Assembly: GCA_035352975.1 (NCBI GenBank)
Contig: DAOPYP010000001.1
Location: 11,332-58,501 of the forward strand
Direction: 5' to 3'
DNA: 47,170 bases
Origin: Oscillospiraceae bacterium
GTDB lineage: Bacteria; Bacillota; Clostridia; Oscillospirales; Ruminococcaceae
Position numbers and translations under genes: made by a program
The notes under the pieces: model-generated
Told to the model about the DNA's origin: nothing
The model's database searches: none
Seen by the model: the letters and a program-made list of their open reading frames with translations, nothing else
Part shown: piece after piece, positions 26,454 to 35,423 of the stretch
Layout: each line of letters starts with the position of its first letter
How positions within the stretch are numbered: position 1 is the stretch's first letter

Positions 26454-27328
26454 TCCTCACCTCTTTCTTCGAGAATGTTAAGAATGGTGCGGGCGATTAT
26501 TTCGCCCGAAGATATAGGAGCAACTTTACCGGGTAAAGATAGCGCCCATATGGTTTTTACGCCTGCGTTCCCCGCTTCTTCAATGTCAACTCCGCCGGGC
26601 TTTGACGCAAGGTCAATCAAAAGGCTGCCCTTTTTGAGCATTCTTAATCTTTCCTTATCAAATATAATCGCCGGAACAGTGTTGAAGATGATGTCATATT
26701 GCTTTAGGCTTTCGTCAAGCTGAGTGAATAAAATCCCTTTGCAGCCATATATTTTCGCCCATTCTCTATCAGAATATTTTCTGACGGCAATGCTTATGTC
26801 TGCGCCAAGACCGTTAAGGATTTTTGCCAGGACCTTTGAAATTCTTCCGAAGCCGGTGATGAGTATTTTCTGTCCGAAGATTGTTGTCGGAATTTCCTCC
26901 ATTGCAATCTGAACAGCCCCTTCTGCAGTAGGTACAGCGTTCATTACAGCCATTTCCTCGCGGTCAAGATAATCAATGGTAGTTATCTTATGTTTTTCAA
27001 AAATACGTTTAACCATTTCCGAAAACTTCCCGCCGAAAACAATTCCGTTTTCGTTAATAACCGAATTCAGATTTTCGAGAGCAAGGCTGTGATTAAAAAA
27101 GGGCGTGTTTACCAATACTCCGTCGTTGCTTGCGGGAAGCGGAAGTATTATGTAATCCACCCTTTCAGAAATGCTCAGCAGACTGTCTAAAAATATTAAA
27201 TTCCCTTCAGGTATAACGTTCCTGTCAAATCCTATGATGTAAACTTTATTTGTTTCTGCCAGTATGCGGGCGAGATAAACCTGTCTTAAATCGCCGCCGG
27301 CAACAAGTATTATCTTATTTTTATCCAT
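26450..27328 (-). CDS. dpaA: Dipicolinate synthase subunit A
   Basis: Dehydrogenase-like 292-aa protein with GFGRISK nucleotide-binding motif, upstream of dpaB. Confidence 0.85.
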   Translation of the reverse strand: MDKNKIILVAGGDLRQVYLARILAETNKVYIIGFDRNVIPEGNLIFLDSLLSISERVDYIILPLPASNDGVLVNTPFFNHSLALENLNSVINENGIVFGGKFSEMVKRIFEKHKITTIDYLDREEMAVMNAVPTAEGAVQIAMEEIPTTIFGQKILITGFGRISKVLAKILNGLGADISIAVRKYSDREWAKIYGCKGILFTQLDESLKQYDIIFNTVPAIIFDKERLRMLKKGSLLIDLASKPGGVDIEEAGNAGVKTIWALSLPGKVAPISSGEIIARTILNILEERGEE

Positions 27329-27364
27329 AAAGAGATTACCTCCGAATATACAATTTTTACTTTA

Positions 27365-27392
27365 TATAATATGAAGTAATCTCATTATGGGT
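27365..27392 (-). promoter_or_regulatory. Possible sigma-K-type promoter (AC-17-CATATTATA) upstream of dpaA
   Basis: Motif read on the minus strand. spoVF/dpaAB is sigma-K dependent in Bacillus. Confidence 0.3.
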
Positions 27393-27517
27393 GAAAGATA
27401 TTATTATTCGACGGCAGATTTCTCAATAAGGCTTATATTGACATTAGGTATATTTAGGCATATAATTATAAAAATGGAATTTTTTGCTTTAATGAAATAT
27501 TAATGGGGAGACATTTT

Positions 27518-28906
27518 ATGAAAAAGAAATTATTATTTTCGGCGATAGCAATTTTCACTTTTTTCACAGTCGGCTGTAAGGCTGACGGCACAGCACAAAT
27601 CAGCCAAGCTCCAGAAACCGTATCAGAAACAGAATCTACGGAAATTACAACTGCTGTTTCTGACTCTAAAACTGTCACCATCTGCGGAGAGGAATATGAG
27701 CTTGACAAGAAATATGATTCCATATTTATGGAAAATGCTACAAATGATGATATTATAGCTTTTTCAAAGCTGTCAGGCGTAAGCGGGTTGGGAATTGACG
27801 GTAACGGTTCGACAACTTTGGATTTAAGCCCGCTCGCAGACTGTAAAGATCTTGAATCGCTATATTTATCCGGGTTTAAAGTCAATGATGTTAATTTTCT
27901 TGAAGAGCTTAAAAATTTAAAATGGCTGTCACTTAATGAATCCGATATTTCAGATATTTCCGCGCTGAAAAAAATAAACTGGCTTACATCTCTTGAAATT
28001 GTAACGGATAACTTTTCAGAAACAGAAGCCAATGATTATTTTAATACTTTTAAAAATTGTAATATTTCATATACATTAGATAACAGCGGCTGGGGTTTAG
28101 ATGAGCCGACAGATGGATTTGTTTATTATGCGACTACAACTGTCGTTCAGAACCCACAGTATGCGCCGTATAGTGGGCAAAGCACCGAGTTTTCCGCACA
28201 CTTTACAAACCATACCATTGCGGCGGCAACTGTTGACAGTGTATCATTTTTCTACAACGATAATGATAATTGGATACCGATAACTTTTTCTCAAAACAAA
28301 GAAAAGCTTTCTGTCGGATTAACTGTCGAACCGAATGCTGAAGCTGATTTTGCCGTAACTAAAGATCAGTTTGATTATAACAAGGCTAAAGCAGGGAGAT
28401 ATAAAGCGGTATTTACAATAGACAATAAATCTTCTGAAAAAGAATTTTTCATAAATTTTATAAATAATATTGACAGTGCACCTGACTTTCTCACTAAAGA
28501 ACAACAAGCTGTTTTTGACAAAGCTTTTGAAATAACAAAAAATTATTTTGGCTGTTCACCTGAGCTGTCCGAAGAATATATTGCAAAGCATACGGCAGAT
28601 GATTTAATTGCTGAAATTGAAGCCGGCTATACGCATGACGAGGCAGTATCACAGCTTAAATCATATGGCTATATCGACGAAAACGGTAATCTTGCTCCAG
28701 TTTCCGGCGGCAGAGGATCAGATATAACTGCTGCGGGACATTGTTTTGCACCTGTTTATTCATCTGATAACGAGGTGATGTTTAAAGTTGTCATCATTCA
28801 TTATCATGGCGACAACAGGTATTTCTTATGGTACGGCGAAAAAAGCTATCATATGGTTAAAACAGATGACGGCTGGAAATTCGATAAGTTCCCTCTTTGG
28901 CATTGA
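27518..28906 (+). CDS. Lipoprotein with leucine-rich repeats and an uncharacterised C-terminal region
   Basis: Lipobox FTVGC. LRR units LxxLxLxxNxIxDIS (LKWLSLNESDISDISAL). ATG at 27518 follows GGGGAGA. Confidence 0.7.
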   Translation: MKKKLLFSAIAIFTFFTVGCKADGTAQISQAPETVSETESTEITTAVSDSKTVTICGEEYELDKKYDSIFMENATNDDIIAFSKLSGVSGLGIDGNGSTTLDLSPLADCKDLESLYLSGFKVNDVNFLEELKNLKWLSLNESDISDISALKKINWLTSLEIVTDNFSETEANDYFNTFKNCNISYTLDNSGWGLDEPTDGFVYYATTTVVQNPQYAPYSGQSTEFSAHFTNHTIAAATVDSVSFFYNDNDNWIPITFSQNKEKLSVGLTVEPNAEADFAVTKDQFDYNKAKAGRYKAVFTIDNKSSEKEFFINFINNIDSAPDFLTKEQQAVFDKAFEITKNYFGCSPELSEEYIAKHTADDLIAEIEAGYTHDEAVSQLKSYGYIDENGNLAPVSGGRGSDITAAGHCFAPVYSSDNEVMFKVVIIHYHGDNRYFLWYGEKSYHMVKTDDGWKFDKFPLWH

Positions 28907-28989
28907 TAAACAGCAGGCTTGGTTTCCCACAATCTAACATTTAATAATTGCCGTAAGTCTGAGCCTTTTGCCGTGAGATCGGGAAAAGC

Positions 28990-29691
28990 TCATGGATGTA
29001 TTACGGCAATCATTTTACCCAGAATAAAAATTTCGTCTTGACTGGTAATATGTTCTGACTTGAATTTTTTATTGGACGGAACAAGCTTAATGCTGTTTCT
29101 ATGTTTAGTAAGTCTGCGCATTAAACAGGTATTATCGCTCAGCTTCATTATGAGCATGGTATCGCCATCGGCACCTATTCCTTGCGGTCTGAAAACGACT
29201 ATATCGCCCGAATTTATTCCAACGCCTGACATACTGTCGTCTTCTGCGCATACGGCAAAATCACCGGGAAGAAGCTCGGCGTAATTCTCGTTAAGACTGA
29301 TTTTTAAAAGGTTGTCAGCTAAAATTACCGACGAATATCCTTTTATAACGGGAATAGGGAAATGATATGAAGCACTGTTTTTATCACTATGAAGATACTG
29401 CCCTTTTCTTAATACGGTCAGCGCAATATCTTTAAACACAGGCTCCGATTTTGAATAGAGTGCTGTTATTTCCGCCGTGTCATTTTTGTATTTTTTATTT
29501 TCTCTGCCAAGAATGAAATCTGCTGTTACATTATATAAATCGGCAAGTGTACACAGCGTTTCAAGATTGATTGAATTTGTGCCTATTTCGTATCGTGAAT
29601 ATGTAGCGCGTTGAATATGCAGGTAATGTGCTACCTGATCCTGGGTAAAACCCCTGTCTGTCCTGAGCTTTTTAATTGTGTCCCTAACCAT
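28990..29691 (-). CDS. XRE-HTH / S24 (LexA/CI-like) peptidase-domain repressor
   Basis: HTH_3 N-terminus. The C-terminal domain aligns by eye to the LexA catalytic domain (DDSMSG...LMRRL...LVPSN). Confidence 0.75.
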   Translation of the reverse strand: MVRDTIKKLRTDRGFTQDQVAHYLHIQRATYSRYEIGTNSINLETLCTLADLYNVTADFILGRENKKYKNDTAEITALYSKSEPVFKDIALTVLRKGQYLHSDKNSASYHFPIPVIKGYSSVILADNLLKISLNENYAELLPGDFAVCAEDDSMSGVGINSGDIVVFRPQGIGADGDTMLIMKLSDNTCLMRRLTKHRNSIKLVPSNKKFKSEHITSQDEIFILGKMIAVIHP

Positions 29692-29769
29692 AATCTACCT
29701 CCCTTGCGATATAATTATTATATCATATCGATTACAAAGCTAAAATAAAATATTATGTCGAAAAATGTC

Positions 29770-29798
29770 TTGACAACGATACAATACAATACTATAAT
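29770..29798 (+). promoter_or_regulatory. Consensus sigma-A promoter TTGACA-17-TATAAT for the MCP gene
   Basis: Both hexamers and the spacing are exact consensus. A roughly 90-nt leader follows. Confidence 0.6.
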
Positions 29799-29894
29799 TA
29801 AATAAAAAGTTACATATTGTAACAAAAAAGAAATTACTGGGGGCATAATCTCAAATATATGAGAATGACATAATTTTATAATGGGGGTAACAAA

Positions 29895-31598
29895 ATGAAA
29901 AAAATCAAGGACATGAAAATTTCGGGGAAGCTTATAGCAGGATTTCTTATCGTATCCATTATTACCGCATTAATCGGTGTGGCAGGGATATTTGGAATGT
30001 CAACAATTGAAGCTAATTCGACAGCTCTTTATGAAGAGAAAATGGCACCCGTTGATGACATGGTTGAAATAGTAAAATGTGTTTATGATATGCGCGTAAA
30101 TTTAAGGTCGGCAATTATAAACTCTGACAGTCCCGAAAAGGTCGAAGGCTATGAAAAAAGCTTTGATGCACTTATAGAAAAATACAACCAGGAATATGCC
30201 CTTTATTTCCCCACGGTAACAAACCCCGATACCGTAAAACTTCTCACAGAAGCTGATAAAATAATGCAGGACACGTTTTTCCCTGTTGCCGAAGAAACCT
30301 TTCGCCTTTCGAAGCTTAACAAGCCTAAAGAGGCAGACGCCGCAGGGGCATCAAGCACACTGGCTATAGGAACAATGATAAGCAATCTTGATAAGGTTCT
30401 TGATTTGCGTTTTGAAAGCATTAAAACAGGCAATGCTGAAAATCTTAAAACATCAACTATTCTTACAATAGTTCTTATTTCGGTAATGGTTATCGGAATT
30501 GTAATTTCTATTTCTCTCGGAATTTACATATCAAAGCTTATAAGCCGGCCTATCACTGAAATGGTTGAGGCGGCTGATAAAATTGCACTTGGTGACACCG
30601 AGGTAGATATTCATTCCGAAAGCTTGGACGAAACGGGAATGCTTGCTGACGCATTCAGAAAAATGCTTGCGGGTATAAGAGAACAGGCAGAAATCGCACA
30701 CACAATAAGCACGGCTGACTTTACTGTACAGGTAACTCCGCGTTCTCAATTTGACACAATGGGCAAGGCGCTCAAACAGATAGCCGAAGCCCTTAACAAA
30801 GACTTCATTGAAATAAGAACATCGGCTGAACAAATTACAACAGGTGCCGAACAGGTTTCAAACGGCGCACAGGCACTTTCACAGGGTGCAACGGAACAGG
30901 CAAGCTCTATTGAAGAGCTTTCCGCTTCAATCAGCGAAGTTGCCGGTCAGATTAAAGATAATGCCGATAATGTTGAGCTTGCCAAGGATTACGTTGGACA
31001 GGCAGGCACAGGAGTAGAAGAAAGCAACAGACAGATGCAGGAAATGCTTACTGCAATGAATGAAATAAATAATTCTTCAAATGAAATTTCCAAGATAATA
31101 AAGGTAATCGACGATATTGCATTCCAGACGAATATCCTTTCCCTTAATGCCGCCGTTGAAGCCGCAAGAGCGGGAGCGGCAGGAAAAGGCTTTGCAGTTG
31201 TTGCCGATGAGGTTCGCAATCTTGCTTCAAAAAGTGCCGATGCCGCAAACCAGACTACCGCACTTATTGAAGGCTCAATAAATATCGTGAAAAAAGGCTC
31301 GGATATTGCAAAGAAAACAGCTACCTCACTTGAGCAGGTATCTACAAAGGCAGCTCTTGTCAGCGAAACCGTTGATAAAATCGCCGTCGCTTCGCAGCAG
31401 CAGGCTACCGCAATCGAACAGATTAACGTCGGAGTTGAACAGATTTCAGCGGTTATTCAGACCAATTCCGCAACGGCAGAGGAAAGTGCCGCCGCTTCTG
31501 AAGAGCTTTCGGGACAGGCATCCGTTCTCAAGCAAATGGTTGACAGAATGAAGCTTACAAAGGGAGGAACCTCCGCACCTGACAGATTGTTTATATAA
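29895..31598 (+). CDS. Methyl-accepting chemotaxis protein
   Basis: Two TM segments, a HAMP domain, and the conserved signalling hairpin [20 protein letters not shown]. Confidence 0.9.
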   Translation: MKKIKDMKISGKLIAGFLIVSIITALIGVAGIFGMSTIEANSTALYEEKMAPVDDMVEIVKCVYDMRVNLRSAIINSDSPEKVEGYEKSFDALIEKYNQEYALYFPTVTNPDTVKLLTEADKIMQDTFFPVAEETFRLSKLNKPKEADAAGASSTLAIGTMISNLDKVLDLRFESIKTGNAENLKTSTILTIVLISVMVIGIVISISLGIYISKLISRPITEMVEAADKIALGDTEVDIHSESLDETGMLADAFRKMLAGIREQAEIAHTISTADFTVQVTPRSQFDTMGKALKQIAEALNKDFIEIRTSAEQITTGAEQVSNGAQALSQGATEQASSIEELSASISEVAGQIKDNADNVELAKDYVGQAGTGVEESNRQMQEMLTAMNEINNSSNEISKIIKVIDDIAFQTNILSLNAAVEAARAGAAGKGFAVVADEVRNLASKSADAANQTTALIEGSINIVKKGSDIAKKTATSLEQVSTKAALVSETVDKIAVASQQQATAIEQINVGVEQISAVIQTNSATAEESAAASEELSGQASVLKQMVDRMKLTKGGTSAPDRLFI

Positions 31599-31708
31599 TA
31601 CTTGCTGAACAAATTTAAAAGACCTAAAACGCTTATGCCGTAAAAACCGAACATTGTTACCGGATGGATTGAAGTCATATCATTCAAGGATTAGGAGCTT
31701 GATTAGTT

Positions 31709-32767
31709 ATGAAACCGACAGTATTGTTTCTTGACAGCTTACCCGGGGATATTCGCGAGGCACAGAATAAGCTTAACAGGGCGTTTAAAATCATATCTTC
31801 CGACAATATACTGAATGTGATGGAGAAAATGGGAAGCTGCCGTCCTGACCTTATTGTTATAACAGGAAGTCTGAAAGATAAAACCAATTTTCAGGCTTGC
31901 AAATATTTTAAAACGCATGAAATCACGATGGATATTCCTATTATTATGACAATTTCGGAAAAGGATTTTTCAGATCTGTCCGTAATTAAGGAATGCGGGG
32001 CGGACGATTATCTCATAAGCCCTGTAAGCTGGTCTATGCTTGCACAAAGAATAAGAATATGTCTTAAACTTAAGCACCCATCAGCCGACTTCGATAAACC
32101 TTCTGTTGAAAATGTCAAGGACGTAACTGACATGGAGGATATTGCTATAATCGCTATGGCATCGCTTGCGGAGGCGCGTGACAACGCTACCGGCGGACAC
32201 ATAAAAAGGACCCAGCTTTATGTGAGAGAGCTTGCCAATGCGGTGAAAGACTATCCGGGCTACAACAGCGAGCTTACCGAGGAAAATATCAGCATAATAG
32301 TAAAATCCGCGCCCTTGCATGATATAGGAAAGGTCGGCATTCCCGATTCGATTCTTTTAAAGCCGGCAACGCTCACGCCGAGAGAATATGATATAATGAA
32401 AACGCACACCGTAATAGGGCTGCATTCGATTAATACCGTTGAAAAAATATTCGGCGACAGCAATATTTTTATGAGGTTTGCAAAGGAGATTATTTTTTCT
32501 CATCATGAATGCTGGAACGGAAGCGGCTATCCGCTTTCGCTTAGAGGGGATGAAATACCCGTTTCGGCGCGGCTTATGAGCGTTGCGGACGTATATGACG
32601 CCCTTATAAGCAAAAGACCGTATAAAGATGCGTATTCTCATGAAGAGGCCGTGGATATAATTTCACGCAAAAGAGGCACGGCTTTTGACCCTGTGATTGT
32701 TGACAGCTTTATTAAGCTTGAACGCCGCTTCAGAGAAATATCAACCTGTGCCGAAAATAATCTGTGA
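31709..32767 (+). CDS. HD-GYP domain protein with a degenerate N-terminal receiver domain
   Basis: HDIGKVGIP and GSGYP motifs. The REC-like N-terminus lacks the phospho-acceptor Asp. Confidence 0.85.
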   Translation: MKPTVLFLDSLPGDIREAQNKLNRAFKIISSDNILNVMEKMGSCRPDLIVITGSLKDKTNFQACKYFKTHEITMDIPIIMTISEKDFSDLSVIKECGADDYLISPVSWSMLAQRIRICLKLKHPSADFDKPSVENVKDVTDMEDIAIIAMASLAEARDNATGGHIKRTQLYVRELANAVKDYPGYNSELTEENISIIVKSAPLHDIGKVGIPDSILLKPATLTPREYDIMKTHTVIGLHSINTVEKIFGDSNIFMRFAKEIIFSHHECWNGSGYPLSLRGDEIPVSARLMSVADVYDALISKRPYKDAYSHEEAVDIISRKRGTAFDPVIVDSFIKLERRFREISTCAENNL

Positions 32768-32770
32768 TAT

Positions 32771-32813
32771 AAAAAACCCCGAGTCGTTCGTTATAAGTCG
32801 GCTCGAGGTTTTT
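32771..32813. terminator. Bidirectional terminator
   Basis: 10-bp stem (one mismatch) ccccgagtcg/cggctcgagg flanked by A6 and T5. Confidence 0.7.
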
Positions 32814-32824
32814 ATCTTTATGAG

Positions 32825-33811
32825 TTATCCTTGACCGTAAATCGACGAATATTCAGCAGTTGCTTGTTCTGCCTGGACTTCTCCGCGTCCGCAGCGGGGA
32901 TTTGAAAGCGGACAGTGTTTTGGACAGGCTGTGCAGAAAAGTTTCCCGAGATAATCTTCAAGGCTTATTTCAGGCTCAGCAGAGGTTTGAGTGGTTTGTA
33001 TGGTAGTTTCGGATACGGCTTTGATCTGTGTGCTTTCGGTGATTTTTGACGGAACGGTATCAGATGTACTTTCCGAAACGCAATTATAGACGGTTGTATT
33101 CTCGGGAGCTGCCGTTATCTTAGGAGCCTCTGTAATTTGAGGGACTATTGTTGTTTCGGGGATTTCTGTAGTCTCTATGAATTTGACCTGAGGAATTGAT
33201 GTTGTTTCTTCACTGACAGCACTGTATGAATATTCGGAATCGGGATTGGCGGTTATGTTATCAGCGGAGATTTCAACAGTTCCCAGATACAGCTGACGTG
33301 CCGTAACGGTAACAACAAGAACGGTTAGCGCAAAGCCTGAAAGCGGTACTAAAACGCTTCGGCTTTTTATGTTAAGTAAAAGCTTTTTGAACATTGCCAC
33401 AAGATATTTTGCATGAACAAGAATATGAGCACCGATAATTCCAAGACAAATATAAGACGATATTTTGTGAATGAATATCAGCTGTTCCTGCGCCCCGACG
33501 GAAATAAAGGTGAACAATACCTTAGAAATAAGAATTCCCGTTATCACAATTGTCAGAATGAATAATGTCAGAAGCATATTAAGTCCGAACATAAGCTTTG
33601 TTTTAAGTTTGATTTTGTCTGAAAAAATGTTTTTTGCAACGTTTTTAATCCACGATATGTTCATTATGTTATGAACGGCAATCAGTACGAAAATCCCCAG
33701 CCCCGCAATTTCATGAAACTCAAGCCCCGTATCAAAGGCTTTCAAGAGTATAATGAAAAGTGATGTCATTGATATATCGATAAGTATTTTGAATGTCTGA
33801 TTTTTTGTCAT
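32825..33811 (-). CDS. DUF4405-like (cytochrome-b-like) membrane protein with a T/E/P-rich linker and a four-Cys C-terminal motif
   Basis: Four TM segments with conserved His residues (FHEIAG, AVHN, FIHK, GAHILVH). C-terminal CTACPKHCPLSNPRC. Confidence 0.6.
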   Translation of the reverse strand: MTKNQTFKILIDISMTSLFIILLKAFDTGLEFHEIAGLGIFVLIAVHNIMNISWIKNVAKNIFSDKIKLKTKLMFGLNMLLTLFILTIVITGILISKVLFTFISVGAQEQLIFIHKISSYICLGIIGAHILVHAKYLVAMFKKLLLNIKSRSVLVPLSGFALTVLVVTVTARQLYLGTVEISADNITANPDSEYSYSAVSEETTSIPQVKFIETTEIPETTIVPQITEAPKITAAPENTTVYNCVSESTSDTVPSKITESTQIKAVSETTIQTTQTSAEPEISLEDYLGKLFCTACPKHCPLSNPRCGRGEVQAEQATAEYSSIYGQG

Positions 33812-33940
33812 ATTGTTCGCCTTCTTCCTTTTTAATCTGTGCTTTTATTGTATCTTTACAATGTGATAAAAAGGTGATTGACGGCTGAATTTGGTGAAAA
33901 CTTTATGTGAAAGAATTTTAAATCTGATGTTAAAAAATAC

Positions 33941-33969
33941 TTGATAATCAAAATAATTTCGTGTATAAT
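33941..33969 (+). promoter_or_regulatory. Sigma-A promoter TTGATA-17-TATAAT upstream of the antiporter leader
   Basis: Near-consensus hexamers and spacing. Confidence 0.55.
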
Positions 33970-33975
33970 ATTTTT

Positions 33976-34088
33976 AAATGGGAATGAAGTTCTCCCGCGG
34001 CGTATGCCGAAACCGCTTATCAAAGCTGATGACTTCTGCGATTTTGCGCAGAAATTGTCGGCTTTTTCTGTGCTATGGAGGAATTTTT
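33976..34088 (+). promoter_or_regulatory. Structured 5' leader with a terminator-like hairpin (candidate attenuator or riboswitch)
   Basis: Hairpins at 33980-33996 and 33997-34016. A 7-bp stem ttctgcg/cgcagaa (34034-34053) is extended by gac/gtc and followed by ggcTTTTT, about 20 nt before the GGAGG RBS. Confidence 0.4.
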
Positions 34089-35270
34089 ATGCTTACAAGT
34101 CTTGCACTTATTTTTCTTATCGGAATGCTTTCTGGATGGATATTTAACAAAATTCATCTCCCGCCGCTTTTGGGAATGATACTTACGGGAATTATCCTAA
34201 GCCCTTATGCCGCGAATCTCATTGACGGTTCAATTATAGGGATTTCCCCTCAGCTAAGGCAGATTGCGCTTGTCATAATACTGACGAGGGCGGGGCTTTC
34301 GCTTGATGTTGATGACCTTAAAAAAGCGGGGCGGCCTGCAATTTTAATGTGCTTTCTTCCCGCAACCTTTGAAATAGGCGGGACACTTCTTATTGCCCCG
34401 CACCTTTTCGGAATAACGCTAACCGAGGCGGCAATACTGGGAAGCGTTATCGCAGCAGTTTCCCCCGCTGTCGTCGTTCCCAGAATGATAAAAATAATGG
34501 ACGAGGGATACGGAACAGAGCATAAAATCCCGCATATTATCCTTGCGGGATCGTCCGCCGATGATGTTTATGTAATTGTTCTTTTCACAGCATTTGTGTC
34601 GCTGGCTTCTGGCGGGGCGGTTTCGGCATTAAGCTTTGTGCAGATTCCGACTTCGATAATTCTCGGAATAATTTTAGGAATAGTTGTCGGGCTAATGATG
34701 AACCTTTTCTTCAAAAAAGTCCATATCCGCGACAGCTCAAAGGTAATAATAATCCTCAGCTTTTCGTTTTTAATGCTTGCCGTTCAGACGCTTCTTGAAA
34801 AATTTGTTCAGGTTTCGGCACTTATCGGGATTATGGCTATGGGGCTGACGCTTTATAAGGTCTATCCCGTTCTTTCAAAGCGGCTATCTGAAAAATACAG
34901 CAAGCTTTGGATAGCGGCGGAGCTTATGCTTTTCGTGCTTGTCGGGGCAACGGTTGATTTAAGTTATGCTTTGTCGTTCGGGCTTAAAGCAATTTTATTC
35001 GTTTTCGGTGCATTGCTTTTTAGAATGGTAGGAGTTTTTGTTTCACTGTTGAAAACAAAAATCACCCTAAAGGAACGGCTTTTCTGTATGCTGGCATATA
35101 CCCCTAAAGCGACCGTTCAGGCGGCAATAGGTGCAGTTCCGCTCGCAATGGGGCTTTCGTGCGGACAGCTTGTACTTACCGTAGCGGTACTTTCAATACT
35201 CATTACCGCGCCGCTCGGAGCATTCATGATTGACCTGACGTATAAAAAACTTTTGGTAAAACAGGACTAA
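34089..35270 (+). CDS. Cation:proton antiporter (Na_H_Exchanger / CPA family)
   Basis: About 393 aa with 11-12 TM segments. RBS GGAGG precedes ATG 34089. The track start at 33978 lies in the leader. Confidence 0.8.
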   Translation: MLTSLALIFLIGMLSGWIFNKIHLPPLLGMILTGIILSPYAANLIDGSIIGISPQLRQIALVIILTRAGLSLDVDDLKKAGRPAILMCFLPATFEIGGTLLIAPHLFGITLTEAAILGSVIAAVSPAVVVPRMIKIMDEGYGTEHKIPHIILAGSSADDVYVIVLFTAFVSLASGGAVSALSFVQIPTSIILGIILGIVVGLMMNLFFKKVHIRDSSKVIIILSFSFLMLAVQTLLEKFVQVSALIGIMAMGLTLYKVYPVLSKRLSEKYSKLWIAAELMLFVLVGATVDLSYALSFGLKAILFVFGALLFRMVGVFVSLLKTKITLKERLFCMLAYTPKATVQAAIGAVPLAMGLSCGQLVLTVAVLSILITAPLGAFMIDLTYKKLLVKQD

Positions 35271-35378
35271 AGAAAAAACCTCCATTAAAATATTATAATA
35301 ACACAAATTTTACAGCGAAGAGGCTCGGGGACGACCGCAAAGCCACCGAAAATATGTAAATTTATAAATAGATAAAAG

Positions 35379-35417
35379 AAAAAGCCCTCTCCCTATAAAA
35401 AAGGAGAGGGCAATTTT
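35379..35417. terminator. Bidirectional terminator (antiporter / pilT)
   Basis: 9-bp stem gccctctcc/ggagagggc with A and T runs. Confidence 0.75.
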
Positions 35418-35423
35418 AAATTA

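Noticed and set aside
27466-28032. 188-aa minus-strand ORF antisense to the LRR lipoprotein gene. Similar long antisense ORFs occur at 17766-18131, 3966-4280, 32357-32641 and 45122-45478.
   Set aside because: These are shadow ORFs lying fully inside well-supported genes on the opposite strand. They have no RBS and low-complexity or Ser/Cys-rich translations.
28990-29691. CI/LexA-like repressor considered as a marker of a prophage.
   Set aside because: No integrase, terminase, capsid, tail or lysis genes flank it. Its neighbours are a lipoprotein gene and chemotaxis-type genes.
33978-34088. N-terminal extensions proposed by the ORF track. Examples are the starts at 33978, 2032, 20737, 21844, 16582, 10889, 10749, 42065 and 43530.
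   Set aside because: In each case a downstream ATG or GTG has a properly spaced GGAGG-like SD sequence and yields the conserved family N-terminus. The upstream parts overlap promoters or leaders.
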